Assembly (NCBI GenBank): GCA_964508195.1
Contig: CAZDSH010000002.1
Coordinates: 10,994 to 74,993, forward strand
Source of the DNA: an uncultured Clostridiaceae bacterium
GTDB taxonomy: Bacteria > Bacillota > Clostridia > Ch29
Length of the DNA stretch: 64,000 bases
Direction of reading: 5' to 3'
Shown here piece after piece: positions 1 through 10,574 of the stretch (its first letter is position 1; every line of letters starts with the position of its first letter). Under the pieces are notes generated by a model. The model did no database searches. It had not been told where the DNA came from and saw nothing but the letters and a program-made list of their open reading frames with translations. The position numbers and the translations under genes were made by a program.

Positions 1-233
1 AACGACGACTCAGTATCCCGACACCCCTTACATGATCTATGTGTTCATGGGTTACGAGGATAGCCGCCACCCCTTGGGGTGTTTCCCCTATTTGATTTAA
101 TAGTTGCTCTATTCGTCTGCCGCTTAGCCCAGCATCTATAAGTATCGACGTGTTTTCCGTGGACAAAAACAAACAATTGCCGCTACTACCGCTGGACAGT
201 GCACAAAACTTAATCGCCATATAAACCCCCGAA

Positions 234-1493
234 CTAATACTTGACCCTACGTATATCCGCCCCTAGGGATACGAACTTTCCCTCTAGGTTCTCATAGCCC
301 CGATCTAGGTGAAACAAATTGTATACCTCCGTTTTACCCTTAGCCATCAACCCCGCTATAACCAATGCTGCACCGGCCCGTAGATCCGTAGCGCTTACCT
401 TTGAACCGCTTAGGCTTTTTATCCCTTCGATTACGGCGACCCTGCCCTCGACTTTTATATCGGCACCCATCCTCTTTAGTTCGTCCACGTGCCTGAAACG
501 CCCTTCCCAAATGCTTTCCGTAATAATGCTTGTACCATCGGCTTCGGTAAGCATTGAAGTTATAGGTTGCTGTAGGTCCGTTGGAAACCCTGGATAGGGA
601 AGGGTTTTTATGTCCACAGGCTTTGGCCTCCCCTTACTGGTCACCCTAACATAATCACCGTCGAAACATACCTCCACGCCCATTTCAATCAGCTTTGCAG
701 CGATAGAATCTAGGTGCCGCGGTATTATATTTTCTACAATAACATCGCCGCCGGGTATAGCCGCGGCGGCTATCATATAAGTCCCTGCTTCTATCTGATC
801 AGGGATTACCATGTAGGTACTGCCATGCATCCTTTTTACACCTTTGATCCTAATCGTATCGGTACCTGCACCCCTAACCTCGGCACCCATAGAATTAAGA
901 AAGTTCGCCACATCCACCACATGGGGTTCCCTAGCTACGTTCTCTAATACCGTGTTACCCTCCGCCATAGTAGCGGCGATCATAAGATTTATAGTGGCCC
1001 CTACGCTCACTATATCGAGGAATATATGGCTACCAACCAGTTTATCCGCTTTAAGGCTTATGATACCATGCTCTATATTCACCTTCGCGCCTAGGGCTTT
1101 AAAGCCTTTTATATGTTGGTCTATCGGCCTTAGGCCTATATCGCAACCGCCGGGGTATGCCATGGAAACTTCTTTAAAACGAGCAAGTAGCGCCCCTAGT
1201 AGATAATAGGACGCCCTTAGTTCCTTTACCTTGCCATTGGTTATATGGGGATGGTTCAGGTCGGCGGATTCTATCTCCAGGGCCCCCGTTCCGTGCTTAT
1301 GCACCTTGGCACCCATTTGTTCTATTATTTCCATTAAAACCTGTACATCCCTTATTGAGGGTAAGTTCTCCAATACACATCTATCGTTCGCAAGCATCGC
1401 AGCAGGTATAAGTGCCACAGTTGCGTTTTTTGCCCCGCTTACGGCCACCCGTCCTGATAACGGTTTGCCCCCGTTAATCAAAAGTTTTTCCAC
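234..1493 (-). CDS. murA: UDP-N-acetylglucosamine 1-carboxyvinyltransferase
   Basis: 419-aa ORF; full-length similarity to MurA (N-terminal [24 protein letters not shown]..., conserved C/D active-site loop region); typical size. Confidence 0.93.
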   Translation of the reverse strand: MEKLLINGGKPLSGRVAVSGAKNATVALIPAAMLANDRCVLENLPSIRDVQVLMEIIEQMGAKVHKHGTGALEIESADLNHPHITNGKVKELRASYYLLGALLARFKEVSMAYPGGCDIGLRPIDQHIKGFKALGAKVNIEHGIISLKADKLVGSHIFLDIVSVGATINLMIAATMAEGNTVLENVAREPHVVDVANFLNSMGAEVRGAGTDTIRIKGVKRMHGSTYMVIPDQIEAGTYMIAAAAIPGGDVIVENIIPRHLDSIAAKLIEMGVEVCFDGDYVRVTSKGRPKPVDIKTLPYPGFPTDLQQPITSMLTEADGTSIITESIWEGRFRHVDELKRMGADIKVEGRVAVIEGIKSLSGSKVSATDLRAGAALVIAGLMAKGKTEVYNLFHLDRGYENLEGKFVSLGADIRRVKY

Positions 1494-1620
1494 GCTTTTG
1501 TGACTCCCTTCTGAAATCGTCTTGCAGTATATTATATCACAAACATCCCATTAACCAATATAAATATGCACTTTCCCGGGTAACAGAATACCTTCATTAA
1601 AATCAACTTCAAAGTCAACT

Positions 1621-2484
1621 TCATATATCATCTTTTTTGATTATCCTACCTGTTAACGCGTTGACATAGTATGTACCTTTATCCATACACACTCGCCAAA
1701 CGGGGAACGTTTCTCCGCCCTTTGCCATATCCCAATCGAAATAGTGGATGAGTTTAATACTGTTAACATTCACCGGCTTTTTATCTAACAGTTCCTTCCG
1801 CCCCGCTACCTTAATTAGCGCATCAATAGCATGGACAATCTTTTTTCTGCCCTTTTCCGACTTAACCGGCTCAAGCCATAGCATACGCATAGAGCGTATA
1901 CCCTTTGAAGTGACTTCCATACTAACTTCGCTAACCTCCACTAATGTATCCCCATACCTTTGTAAAAAACGAACCCTGTACCCCTCATCCGTAGCGGTAA
2001 CGCTGTCTACAATCATTGTGGACTTGTGAAGGCCGTATTTATTGAGGAAGGCCTTTGCAAGATCTACTCCTTCCTGTTCCGTTAAGGGGCCGGCAGACCC
2101 ATCCCGGAGCCTGAGGTTATTATAGAATATTTCTCTACCATTCTTTACCTCCAGTATTATTCCGTCCTCGGAATACCTTACGGATTCCTCCGTAACCTTT
2201 GGGAGGACGTCTCCATCACCGTAAACCGTTTTTGCCAACTGCGCGATATCAACACGGCTGTATTCGACGGTAAGCGCTTCTTTTGTATAAATTTCCTTGG
2301 GTATAGGCGTATTAACATGTATACCCCTTTGGCCGAGTATTTCTATTATCTCTTCTATGCTTGTACTGCTCATCCGCTCGCTACGATGCCCTTGATGTTT
2401 CGTCTCCCAGAGATTATAGGCCAAAAAAATATTAGCAATTACAAATGCCGTTATCAGTATAGTCCTTGCCCTACCCCAATCCAT
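1621..2484 (-). CDS. yycI: YycI-like regulator of WalK (two-component system accessory protein)
   Basis: 287 aa, single N-terminal TM helix, immediately downstream of yycH-like gene in walRK operon order; size and topology match YycI. Confidence 0.7.
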   Translation of the reverse strand: MDWGRARTILITAFVIANIFLAYNLWETKHQGHRSERMSSTSIEEIIEILGQRGIHVNTPIPKEIYTKEALTVEYSRVDIAQLAKTVYGDGDVLPKVTEESVRYSEDGIILEVKNGREIFYNNLRLRDGSAGPLTEQEGVDLAKAFLNKYGLHKSTMIVDSVTATDEGYRVRFLQRYGDTLVEVSEVSMEVTSKGIRSMRMLWLEPVKSEKGRKKIVHAIDALIKVAGRKELLDKKPVNVNSIKLIHYFDWDMAKGGETFPVWRVCMDKGTYYVNALTGRIIKKDDI

Positions 2485-2502
2485 AATATAGCCCCCTGCA
2501 CA

Positions 2503-3906
2503 CTATTTTAACAATACTCCCTCGTAAGCGTCCACTATAAACGTCCCCTCCTCGGTTTCTATATACCAAACAGGACATGCGCGATAGTCCTTAGCGTCTT
2601 CTAGATCAATACAATAGCCGAGGTACATATCTGAAATAGCCGGTAGTTTTTTTGTGCTACCGAAACCGCTTATAGCCTCAGCTACAACATCTGCAGCTTC
2701 CACGGGGTACAAAACCGGCTTTTGAATAATTTTTGCCTTAGTTATACGGTGGACATTCCTCGTATATTTAACTACCTTGCCCTCGGTCACCATAATTTCA
2801 ATAGCGCTGGCTCCAAGGTTACCCCTTCTGAAGAACGGGAGCCCGTTATAGGCATAGTTAAACCGTAGCAGATATCCCTTATAATCTTTGTCCGAAATCC
2901 CCTGGATATCCTCGATGTATAGCTGTTCAGGTATACCGCCATGGGCATTAATAAATTCGAGGGCTACATCGATAGCGCTCTTTATGTCTCCTTTGCCCTT
3001 ATCCCCCTCGGCATGGCTGTAAACCATGTATTCTAAGTATCCTAGTCTATCTATTCTAAGTAGTGCATTTTGACTGTCTGTATAAATAAAGGAACCGTTC
3101 ATTTCAGCTATTTTTCTGACTAGGGACATATCTTTAAAAAATTCCGAGGCCTGGGCATCTAAAACGTCCTCCCTATCGGTATCCAGTTCCCCTATGGCAA
3201 CGCCTACGGGCAGATTAAAGGAGGACATGTCTAAAGGAACGTAGAAGTTTTGGTCGTCGCTGTAACCGATCTCGCCCAGGGTCCAATACTTTACCGGATC
3301 CTGTTCCTCAAGTTGATCTACCAGCTCGTCTAATACGCTTGTGACATCCGTTAACTCCGCTTTATAGATTATATCCCACGTTCCGTCGTCTATTAATACT
3401 TCCCAGGGCCGGCCTAGGGATAATACAACACCCTTTATACCAGCAACGGGCATATTCTCGTTGATCCTTTTTATATTGAGTATTGACTCGAATACGGATA
3501 TATCAACGGCCCAACGATAGTTTATCTCAATTGATTTACCCGTCCTAGCACCTATCCATTCATCTTTGGACACATGCATAATATCAACATCCCCTTCATC
3601 GGCTAAAAGATATTCTAATATATGTAGTATCTCACTATATATATCCGTAAAAAATCCGCTGCCGGCGGAATCGTTTATAAGTTTGGTATGGGATTGACCA
3701 CCAAAATTCACTACTATATGTTTGGGCAAAACAAAACTAGACAGGTTATAGTCTTTTATACTATCCTGTCCAGAAAAGGCCTGGTCCCCGGAAATCTTCC
3801 TTTCGATGGGAATGTTAAGCCATAATTGGGTGGTTAGCCCAAAGCTAAGGAGCACAAGCCCAACTAAGATGAAATTTTTTAAGCCCTCTTTATTCATTAA
3901 GACCAA
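2503..3906 (-). CDS. yycH: YycH-like regulator of WalK
   Basis: 467 aa, N-terminal TM segment, position between walK and yycI as in Bacillus walRK-yycHI operon. Confidence 0.7.
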   Translation of the reverse strand: MVLMNKEGLKNFILVGLVLLSFGLTTQLWLNIPIERKISGDQAFSGQDSIKDYNLSSFVLPKHIVVNFGGQSHTKLINDSAGSGFFTDIYSEILHILEYLLADEGDVDIMHVSKDEWIGARTGKSIEINYRWAVDISVFESILNIKRINENMPVAGIKGVVLSLGRPWEVLIDDGTWDIIYKAELTDVTSVLDELVDQLEEQDPVKYWTLGEIGYSDDQNFYVPLDMSSFNLPVGVAIGELDTDREDVLDAQASEFFKDMSLVRKIAEMNGSFIYTDSQNALLRIDRLGYLEYMVYSHAEGDKGKGDIKSAIDVALEFINAHGGIPEQLYIEDIQGISDKDYKGYLLRFNYAYNGLPFFRRGNLGASAIEIMVTEGKVVKYTRNVHRITKAKIIQKPVLYPVEAADVVAEAISGFGSTKKLPAISDMYLGYCIDLEDAKDYRACPVWYIETEEGTFIVDAYEGVLLK

Positions 3907-3935
3907 CTCCGAATCGAAGATGGATATCTACATTT

Positions 3936-4415
3936 TCATTTTATCATGTTCTTTATAATATCGAGAAATTTGAAATTCATGAGGTTCTGTACCGCTTCCT
4001 TTACTTCCTCTTTACTAGAAAGGGTAACTAACCCTTCGATAACGTCTTCCCCGCCCTCGGGGTTTACCGTTTTTATTACGACCTTATTAAGCCCATTTTT
4101 AAGCTCTACTTCCCGGGCAAAAAAGCCCGTAGGCCCTACTGTCAGCACGGATCCCTTACCCGGTTGACCGTGCTCCTCCCAACCGTAGACTTCTTCATCA
4201 TTGATATTTTCCGAAATCCTGCTGTACACCTTGATGTTGATGGAGGTATCCTCCGCGGCCCAACCGGATATTATCATATTCTTGTTCACCGTTTTAATAT
4301 CGTTAATAGGCTTTATAAGCTCAATGGAACTCGATATCGCCGATACCGGTGGTGTGAGCACGTTAAATACGAGTATTAAGCTAAAAATGAGTATAGAGCT
4401 TTTTTTGCTAAACAT
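3936..4415 (-). CDS. secreted hypothetical protein (signal peptide, ~159 aa) inserted between walK and yycH
   Basis: ORF with N-terminal signal peptide (MFSKKSSILIFSLILVFNVLTPPVSA), no recognisable catalytic motif; co-directional with walRK-yycHI. Confidence 0.55.
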   Translation of the reverse strand: MFSKKSSILIFSLILVFNVLTPPVSAISSSIELIKPINDIKTVNKNMIISGWAAEDTSINIKVYSRISENINDEEVYGWEEHGQPGKGSVLTVGPTGFFAREVELKNGLNKVVIKTVNPEGGEDVIEGLVTLSSKEEVKEAVQNLMNFKFLDIIKNMIK

Positions 4416-4542
4416 AGATCATACCTCCGGGTCATCGTAGCGGTATCGGTCTTTAGATACAATTTCTCCATTAAAATTATACATTACGTATATTACAACC
4501 ACGTTACAGAAAAATTAAGATATCCTTACAAAAATAGTACAT

Positions 4543-6321
4543 TTAAGCAGGCAGGGACAGTATAACCGTGGTTCCTTTACCATGCTGGCTCACTATATCT
4601 ATTTTGCCCCCATGGGCCTCTATTATTTGGCGTGCTATGGAAAGCCCTAGGCCCGTGCCCCCTAGTTCCCTAGCCCTCGATTTATCTACCCTATAAAACC
4701 TCTCGAAAACCCTCGCCATATCCCCCTTTGGGATCCCAATACCATTATCCCTTACGGATATATGTGCCCTCCCGTCGGCGTACCCGGTAATCACTTCTAT
4801 TTTTCCGTTGTCCGGCGTATATTTAATTGCGTTGCTCAACACGTTTAATATAACTTGCTCTATTTTGTCCCTATCGCCGTTAAAGGGCGGTAGCGGGGCG
4901 GACTTTTGCACGGTTATGGTATGACCTTTTTGCCTGATAGGTATGTCTAATTTTTTGACCGTTTCATCTATCATTTCTTCCAGGTTGAAGGGATTTTTAT
5001 TCCACTGTGTCTGTTGATAATCAAGTTTTGATAGTAGCAACAGATCTTTAACCAATCGCGTCATACGTTCGGTTTCACTGTTTACAACAGTCAGGAATTC
5101 CGTCGCCAGTTCTTTACGATCTATTACCCCTTCTAACAACGTCTCCACGTAGCTGCGTATAGTCGTAAGGGGCGTCCTAAGTTCATGGGAAACGTTTGCT
5201 ACATATTCCCTCCGCATCGTTTCTAATTTGTGCTGCTCAGTAATATCCTGGAACACTAATATGTAACCTAGGGTCCTTCCCACTTCACTTTTAAAAGCGG
5301 CGGTTTCCAACTGGAGTACCATATCGCCTTTAGGAATGATACTTTGCAGGTTAGGCGTACGCTTTTCTATCTCCTTGATACCGAGTTCTATACCCATACC
5401 GGCGAACAATTCTCTAAGCCCCGTACCCTGGATATCATCTACAAGTCCTAAAAATGTTGCCGCTGCGGGATTCGCATGTATTATTTCACCTTCGACATTT
5501 ACCGCTATTACGCCATCGGTCATATAAGTGAGTATCGCTTCCATCTTGCCTTTTTCGCTGGCTATTTCGCCGAGGGTCTGTTTTAACTTCTGCGTAAGAT
5601 AGTTAAACATTTGGACTAATTGACCTATCTCATCGGTGGATTTTACGTCTAGCCTGTGATCAAAATCCCCTTCGGCCATCCTTTCCGCCTTTGATGTGAC
5701 CTCTTTAATAGGTCCGGTAATGCTCCTTGCTAAAAGCGAACCTAATATAACCGTTATTGTAAGGGCTAATAATGTCGCCGACGTAAGAATTTTTTTAGCC
5801 TTGTCAAGGGTACCTACCACCCCGGCCATCCCAGCCCTCATATATATTATCTTTTCTACCTGATCCGAGGTATTATGTACGGGGAACGCATAATCCATAG
5901 TATATGCCTCGCCGCTTTCATCCCTCAAAACCTCTGTCTCCTTCCTACCCGTTAGGGATGAATGTAACACCGTAGGCGGATCAGTGCCTAAAACATCTGC
6001 AATATAATTATTGTTTGCTCCCCTGACGTTACTACCTATTACCAACCTTTCAGTATTAAGTACGTATACTTCCCTTATCTGGGGCGATAAACTTACTTCG
6101 TACCATCTTTCTATTACCCTTTGTATATCCGGGGCACCTACGACGCTTATGCCCTTTATCTGCACCGAAAGAATCTGTGCCTCCTTATCTAAAGTATCCG
6201 CGAGATTATCCTGGAGGTAACGTTCCATTTGCGTTATTATTATGGCCCCGACTATAACCATCGCCAGAAATACCAACAACAAATATATTATTACTATTTT
6301 CCATTGAATGCTTTTAAACAT
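4543..6321 (-). CDS. walK: sensor histidine kinase WalK-like (TM-HAMP-PAS-HisKA-HATPase)
   Basis: 592 aa; two TM segments, H-box SHELRTPLTTIRSY, G-boxes (GGTGLGLSIARQIIEAHGG); immediately downstream of OmpR-type regulator and followed by yycH/yycI. Confidence 0.88.
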   Translation of the reverse strand: MFKSIQWKIVIIYLLLVFLAMVIVGAIIITQMERYLQDNLADTLDKEAQILSVQIKGISVVGAPDIQRVIERWYEVSLSPQIREVYVLNTERLVIGSNVRGANNNYIADVLGTDPPTVLHSSLTGRKETEVLRDESGEAYTMDYAFPVHNTSDQVEKIIYMRAGMAGVVGTLDKAKKILTSATLLALTITVILGSLLARSITGPIKEVTSKAERMAEGDFDHRLDVKSTDEIGQLVQMFNYLTQKLKQTLGEIASEKGKMEAILTYMTDGVIAVNVEGEIIHANPAAATFLGLVDDIQGTGLRELFAGMGIELGIKEIEKRTPNLQSIIPKGDMVLQLETAAFKSEVGRTLGYILVFQDITEQHKLETMRREYVANVSHELRTPLTTIRSYVETLLEGVIDRKELATEFLTVVNSETERMTRLVKDLLLLSKLDYQQTQWNKNPFNLEEMIDETVKKLDIPIRQKGHTITVQKSAPLPPFNGDRDKIEQVILNVLSNAIKYTPDNGKIEVITGYADGRAHISVRDNGIGIPKGDMARVFERFYRVDKSRARELGGTGLGLSIARQIIEAHGGKIDIVSQHGKGTTVILSLPA

Positions 6322-6325
6322 TCGG

Positions 6326-7021
6326 CTACGCCCTCCTGAAGTAATAGCCTACACCGCGCTTCGTTATAATATATTCGGGGTTACTGGAATCCGTTTCGAT
6401 CTTCTCCCTGAGACGGCGTACCGTAACGTCTACCGTACGTATATCGCCGTAATATTCATAACCCCATACATCCTCTAACAATGTCTCCCGGGTAAAAACC
6501 TGTCCCGCTTGGGAAGCTAGATACTTTATCAATTCGAATTCCCTAAGGGTAACTTCTACGGGTTTACCCTTTTTCCTAACCTCATATCTACCCGGGTCTA
6601 CTACAAGGTCCCCGGATTTAATATAACCATCGGTTCCCAACCCGGCGTGTACAGATACCTGCGCCCGCCTTAGATTTGCCTTAACCCTAGCCAATAGCTC
6701 CCGTACCCCGAAGGGTTTCGTTATATAATCATCCGCCCCCAGCTCCAGGCCGAGAACCTTATCTACCTCCTCCTCCTTCGCGGTAAGCATTATTATTGGT
6801 GTTTGGATGCTTTGCCTTAGTTTTTTGCACACCGCGAAGCCGTCAATCTTAGGTAACATGATATCCAATAAGATTAAGTCCGGATCGACCCTTTGAGTCT
6901 TTTCTATAGCTTCTTGGCCATCGTAGGCCAATTCCACCGAATAACCCTCCCTCTCTAGGTTGAACTTTAAAATATCCGCTATCGGTTTTTCGTCGTCTAC
7001 GACTAGAATTTTTTTACCCAT
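6326..7021 (-). CDS. walR: OmpR-family response regulator WalR/YycF-like
   Basis: 231 aa; receiver domain (ILVVDDE...[10 protein letters not shown], phospho-Asp context) + winged-helix C-terminus; 4-nt gap to kinase gene. Confidence 0.88.
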   Translation of the reverse strand: MGKKILVVDDEKPIADILKFNLEREGYSVELAYDGQEAIEKTQRVDPDLILLDIMLPKIDGFAVCKKLRQSIQTPIIMLTAKEEEVDKVLGLELGADDYITKPFGVRELLARVKANLRRAQVSVHAGLGTDGYIKSGDLVVDPGRYEVRKKGKPVEVTLREFELIKYLASQAGQVFTRETLLEDVWGYEYYGDIRTVDVTVRRLREKIETDSSNPEYIITKRGVGYYFRRA

Positions 7022-7123
7022 TGCATTATCACCTCAAAAGGTTAATATTTATTGTATTACACCCGAGGAACCCCTTTCCTGTTCGTTATAAAAAATAATA
7101 TCATTAATAATATAGGTCATCCC

Positions 7124-8008
7124 TTATAAAGGGGTATCCGGTACGGTTCCGGTCTTCATCCCGCCGGATGCTCGCTCCCCTTCTCCGAGGTGTTGTTCCG
7201 TTAACCGGTATAAGTCCTCGGGCCTATAGCCAAAGGTTTCGTTAAAAGCCCTATCAAAGGGCGTGCCATTTCTTAACGCTTCAAAAAGCCTAAGAATTCC
7301 TTCTTTCCCCTCTAACTCCATTGTCATTTTTACCAGAATGAGGGATTGTTTATAGGCCAAATACTGATCTAAACTATCAAAATGAAATGTAAGTTCCTTT
7401 AACGAATAGGGCATATGATAGAAGATGTACTCCTTCCCCCATTCAAAACCTGTATTTATATATTCTTGATACAAAGCCATACCCTCGGTAAACCATGTCG
7501 GATAGTTGCCGCTGGCCATATCCGCCATAATAAGATGAGTAAATTCATGGATATAAAGACCCTGTTCCGCCGCAGCACCCTCATCGCCCCAGGCCTTCGG
7601 CGATAGAACATTTACTGTCCCGGCATAATATGCACCTAAGGTCGTACCCCCGTCGGGCAACCTTAGGCCTTTTTGAAAATAGTGGTTGTCATGGTATACG
7701 TTAAGATAAATCTTTTTCTTCGGACTATAGCCGAAGTATTCCGTTACAAGGCGAAGCTGGGGTTTTGCCTGCGCCTCTACCCTATGCACTATATCCGTAT
7801 CTTCTATAGGAAATCGTATAATAAAGTCCTCAGTTTCCTTTATACCGTAGCCTGCGGTTAACCTTTGTAGGCGTATACGCTCCGCACCCTCGACTAATGC
7901 TACGGTAGCGGGTTTTAATACGTTTGTTCCAACAACAATTGAAAGCAACACAATCATTATAAGGATAGTTGCTCTAGTTTTATTGACCCCCTTCATAACC
8001 GGCATCAC
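7124..8008 (-). CDS. membrane-anchored putative zinc metallopeptidase (Peptidase_MA_2-like)
   Basis: 294 aa; N-terminal TM; HEFTH motif followed by WFTEGMALYQE, typical of Peptidase_MA_2/zincin-like family. Confidence 0.6.
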   Translation of the reverse strand: MMPVMKGVNKTRATILIMIVLLSIVVGTNVLKPATVALVEGAERIRLQRLTAGYGIKETEDFIIRFPIEDTDIVHRVEAQAKPQLRLVTEYFGYSPKKKIYLNVYHDNHYFQKGLRLPDGGTTLGAYYAGTVNVLSPKAWGDEGAAAEQGLYIHEFTHLIMADMASGNYPTWFTEGMALYQEYINTGFEWGKEYIFYHMPYSLKELTFHFDSLDQYLAYKQSLILVKMTMELEGKEGILRLFEALRNGTPFDRAFNETFGYRPEDLYRLTEQHLGEGERASGGMKTGTVPDTPL

Positions 8009-8058
8009 CCCGGATTAATTATACCAAAACTTTAGGCATCCTTCATAGGTAATATATC

Positions 8059-9177
8059 CTATCCCTCGCTGAACGTAACCCTTTGTTCCCCTCGCCGGAC
8101 CGTCGTACCTAACTCTACGCTGAGCCTTTCAATCCTATCTAAAATTATATCCTTTCGTGCATCCATCGGTATCCCCGGCCGGTGCTTATCGTGTATCTGT
8201 ATAGGATACGCTGCAGTTTCAATTATTTCGCCATCCTTTAGTTTAACCTCTAGTATAATACTTTGGTTGTTGTTATCGCCATTCTGATCGAATATAAAAT
8301 TCCCCAAACTATAGACTATCGGTTTACCATTATAATATTCAATACCTTGTAGCACGTGGGGGTGGTGCCCTAGGATTATATCGCCCCCCCAGTCTATTAT
8401 CTTACGGCCGAGTTTCCGCTGTTCCAAGGTTACTCGGTTGCTGTCCTCTATACCCCAGTGCAATGATACTGCTATCACATCACATAGATCCCTTAATCTT
8501 TTTATGTCCTCTTTAATCAAATCATCCTTCATAGGTGCCGTACCCGGTATATCTTCTGTCGCCTCAAAGGTCCTTCTGTAGGAGTAACTCCAAAAATAAT
8601 CATAGAATTCATTGTAGGCCAAAAATCCAACCCTCGTACCGCCTTTGATCACTATTAGCGGTTTCCTTGACTGTTCAAGGTCTTCGCCGGCACCGACGTA
8701 TCCAATACCCGAAGCTTCGAGGTTTTCTATGGTTTCCATAAGGGCCGGGGTATCATAATCGAGGATGTGATTGTTAGCTAGGGACAAAACATCAAACCCC
8801 GCTTCCTTTAGGCCCTCTGTGACCTCAGGTGCCGCCCTGAACCATATTACTTTCCCAGGGAGTTGTGCCCCGGATGTTGCGATAGAAGTTTCGAGGTTGC
8901 CAAACAGGATATCCGCCGTTTTAAATATATGTCTTACATCATCGAAGGGGGTATGCACTGAGCTTTTATTTATCCTTGCCCCAACTCCCCGGGTAAGCAT
9001 TATATCGCCGACAGCCATTAGGATTATCTCGCCGGCCTCTTCCATTATGGAATTATCCGCCTTGGGTATCGCCTCATCTATATCCCCGGCAGGAACTATA
9101 GGTTCATTGGCAGTAAACTGTGTACACCCCACCAACGTCAGGATGATTAAAACCGTTACCCCTATATTTTTAAACAT
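8059..9177 (-). CDS. CapA/PGA_cap family metallophosphatase-like lipoprotein
   Basis: 372 aa; lipoprotein signal (LTLVGC); conserved CapA N-terminal block LAVGDIMLTRGV and metallophosphatase-like motifs (GNLE, GHHPH). Confidence 0.75.
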   Translation of the reverse strand: MFKNIGVTVLIILTLVGCTQFTANEPIVPAGDIDEAIPKADNSIMEEAGEIILMAVGDIMLTRGVGARINKSSVHTPFDDVRHIFKTADILFGNLETSIATSGAQLPGKVIWFRAAPEVTEGLKEAGFDVLSLANNHILDYDTPALMETIENLEASGIGYVGAGEDLEQSRKPLIVIKGGTRVGFLAYNEFYDYFWSYSYRRTFEATEDIPGTAPMKDDLIKEDIKRLRDLCDVIAVSLHWGIEDSNRVTLEQRKLGRKIIDWGGDIILGHHPHVLQGIEYYNGKPIVYSLGNFIFDQNGDNNNQSIILEVKLKDGEIIETAAYPIQIHDKHRPGIPMDARKDIILDRIERLSVELGTTVRRGEQRVTFSEG

Positions 9178-9264
9178 TTTCTGTTCCCTTCCTTATAAGT
9201 ATGGTTATACTAATTTAATAACAAACAAAGGGCTCTGTCAATTAACCCCTATGGATAACCGTGC

Positions 9265-9282
9265 ATATATATATATATATAT
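9265..9282. repeat. (AT)9 dinucleotide microsatellite in divergent capA-like / S8 protease promoter region
   Basis: atatatatatatatatat read directly. Confidence 0.9.
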
Positions 9283-9308
9283 GGGCCGATTCTCCGGAGG
9301 TGATCTTT

Positions 9309-10556
9309 ATGGACTTTTCCTATCCTTCCCTTAAGGAAATGCTGTTTAAACATAGGTTAGACCCTGCATTAAAGAAAATGATGACCATCAAAAAAACACA
9401 AAGGCTATCGGTTATAATCCAATCAGTAGAGGGCATTGATGAGCGAATAAAGAAATGTATCCGAAATCATGGTGGTAAAATCGTACAACATTTCCCTTTT
9501 TGTAAAGCATGCTATGCCCTATTGACCCCCCCGGGGATCAAAAAACTCGAAACCCTCGGTCAGATATATTATTTATCCCCAAACCGGCCGGTTACGACAC
9601 ACCTTAACAACCTCACAGATATTATGGGCGATGGTAATACCGCCCATGGCCTCAGCCTTACCGGTAGGGATATAAACGTGGCACTACTGGATACCGGTAC
9701 ATATCCCCATCCGGATCTCATAAGACCGGTAAACCGTATACTTTATTTTAAGGATTTTATCAATCATCGCGACAGGTGTTATGACGACAATGGCCATGGC
9801 ACTTTCATCGCTGGCATTATCGGCGGGAACGGCTTCATGTCGAAGGATAAATATACGGGTATTGCACCCGGGGCGGGATTAATAAGTTTAAAAGTTTTAA
9901 ACGAAAGCGGTAACGGTTGGACGTCTACTGTATTAGCCGCCATGCAATGGGTATACGATAACTACGAAAAATTTAAAATAAGTCTGGCATGTCTACCCTT
10001 TGGTTGCGTTAATACTCTCTCCGCTGATACAGAGCCCCTATCGAGGGCGGCCCAGAAACTGTGGGAGCTGGGCATCATCGTCTGCACATCCGCAGGTAAC
10101 AACGGCCCGGATTTGTCCTGGGTGTCCTCACCGGGTATAAATCCAAATATAATTACCATAGGGGCGCTACAAAGGGCTGTCTCCCCGGGTGGGTCCCTAG
10201 CACCGTTCTCTAGCCGTGGCCTCACCCATGACGGAATATCCCGGCCGGATTTTGTCGCACCGGGTACCAATATAATATCCCTTAACTTCAAGGGAGAACC
10301 GTCGTCTTATACGGCCCTGCATCCTAGCGACAGCCGATCAGTTGGTTATTATTACCGCCGGGGTTCCGGCACATCCGCGGCCTGTGCTGCCGTTACCGGG
10401 CTAATATGTTTGCTATTGGAAAGGTATGGGCACCTTAGCCCCGGTGAGATAAAATCCCTATTAAAATATAGTTGCAAAAGCTTAAATCTACCAAAGGTAC
10501 AACAGGGTCACGGATTACCTAACATGTACAAAATATTGGATAAAAAAAAGGGCTAA
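9309..10556 (+). CDS. subtilisin-like serine protease (peptidase S8) with N-terminal I9-like pro-region, no signal peptide
   Basis: Catalytic triad contexts DTGTYPHPDL (Asp), HGTFIAGIIGG (His), GTSAACAAVTG (Ser); best start ATG 9309 preceded by GGAGG with 8-nt spacer (the ORF track starts at GTG 9261 inside an (AT)n repeat). Confidence 0.85.
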   Translation: MDFSYPSLKEMLFKHRLDPALKKMMTIKKTQRLSVIIQSVEGIDERIKKCIRNHGGKIVQHFPFCKACYALLTPPGIKKLETLGQIYYLSPNRPVTTHLNNLTDIMGDGNTAHGLSLTGRDINVALLDTGTYPHPDLIRPVNRILYFKDFINHRDRCYDDNGHGTFIAGIIGGNGFMSKDKYTGIAPGAGLISLKVLNESGNGWTSTVLAAMQWVYDNYEKFKISLACLPFGCVNTLSADTEPLSRAAQKLWELGIIVCTSAGNNGPDLSWVSSPGINPNIITIGALQRAVSPGGSLAPFSSRGLTHDGISRPDFVAPGTNIISLNFKGEPSSYTALHPSDSRSVGYYYRRGSGTSAACAAVTGLICLLLERYGHLSPGEIKSLLKYSCKSLNLPKVQQGHGLPNMYKILDKKKG

Positions 10557-10572
10557 AAAAGCCCTCTTTTTT
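10549..10572. terminator. bidirectional terminator between convergent S8 protease and M23 peptidase genes
   Basis: A8-AGGGCT-AAAAA-AGCCCT-T-run. Confidence 0.75.
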
Positions 10573-10574
10573 AT

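Noticed and set aside
319-1503. Plus-strand ORFs (92, 77, 120 and 90 aa) inside murA
   Set aside because: They lie entirely antisense within a well-supported 419-aa murA ORF, have low-complexity composition and no RBS. They are shadow ORFs.
1571-1586. CTTTCCCGGGTAAC resembling a Noc-binding site (ATTTCCCGGGAAAT)
   Set aside because: It is only a partial match, and Noc sites are numerous and degenerate. It is not distinctive without a genome-wide scan.
9261-9308. GTG start of the S8 protease ORF within the (AT)9 repeat
   Set aside because: It has no RBS, and the translated N-terminus (MHIYIYIW) is repeat-derived. ATG 9309 has a proper GGAGG spacing.
8771-9334. 187-aa plus-strand ORF overlapping the capA-like gene
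   Set aside because: It is antisense to a conserved CapA ORF and runs into the (AT)n tract, so it is a frame-shadow artefact.
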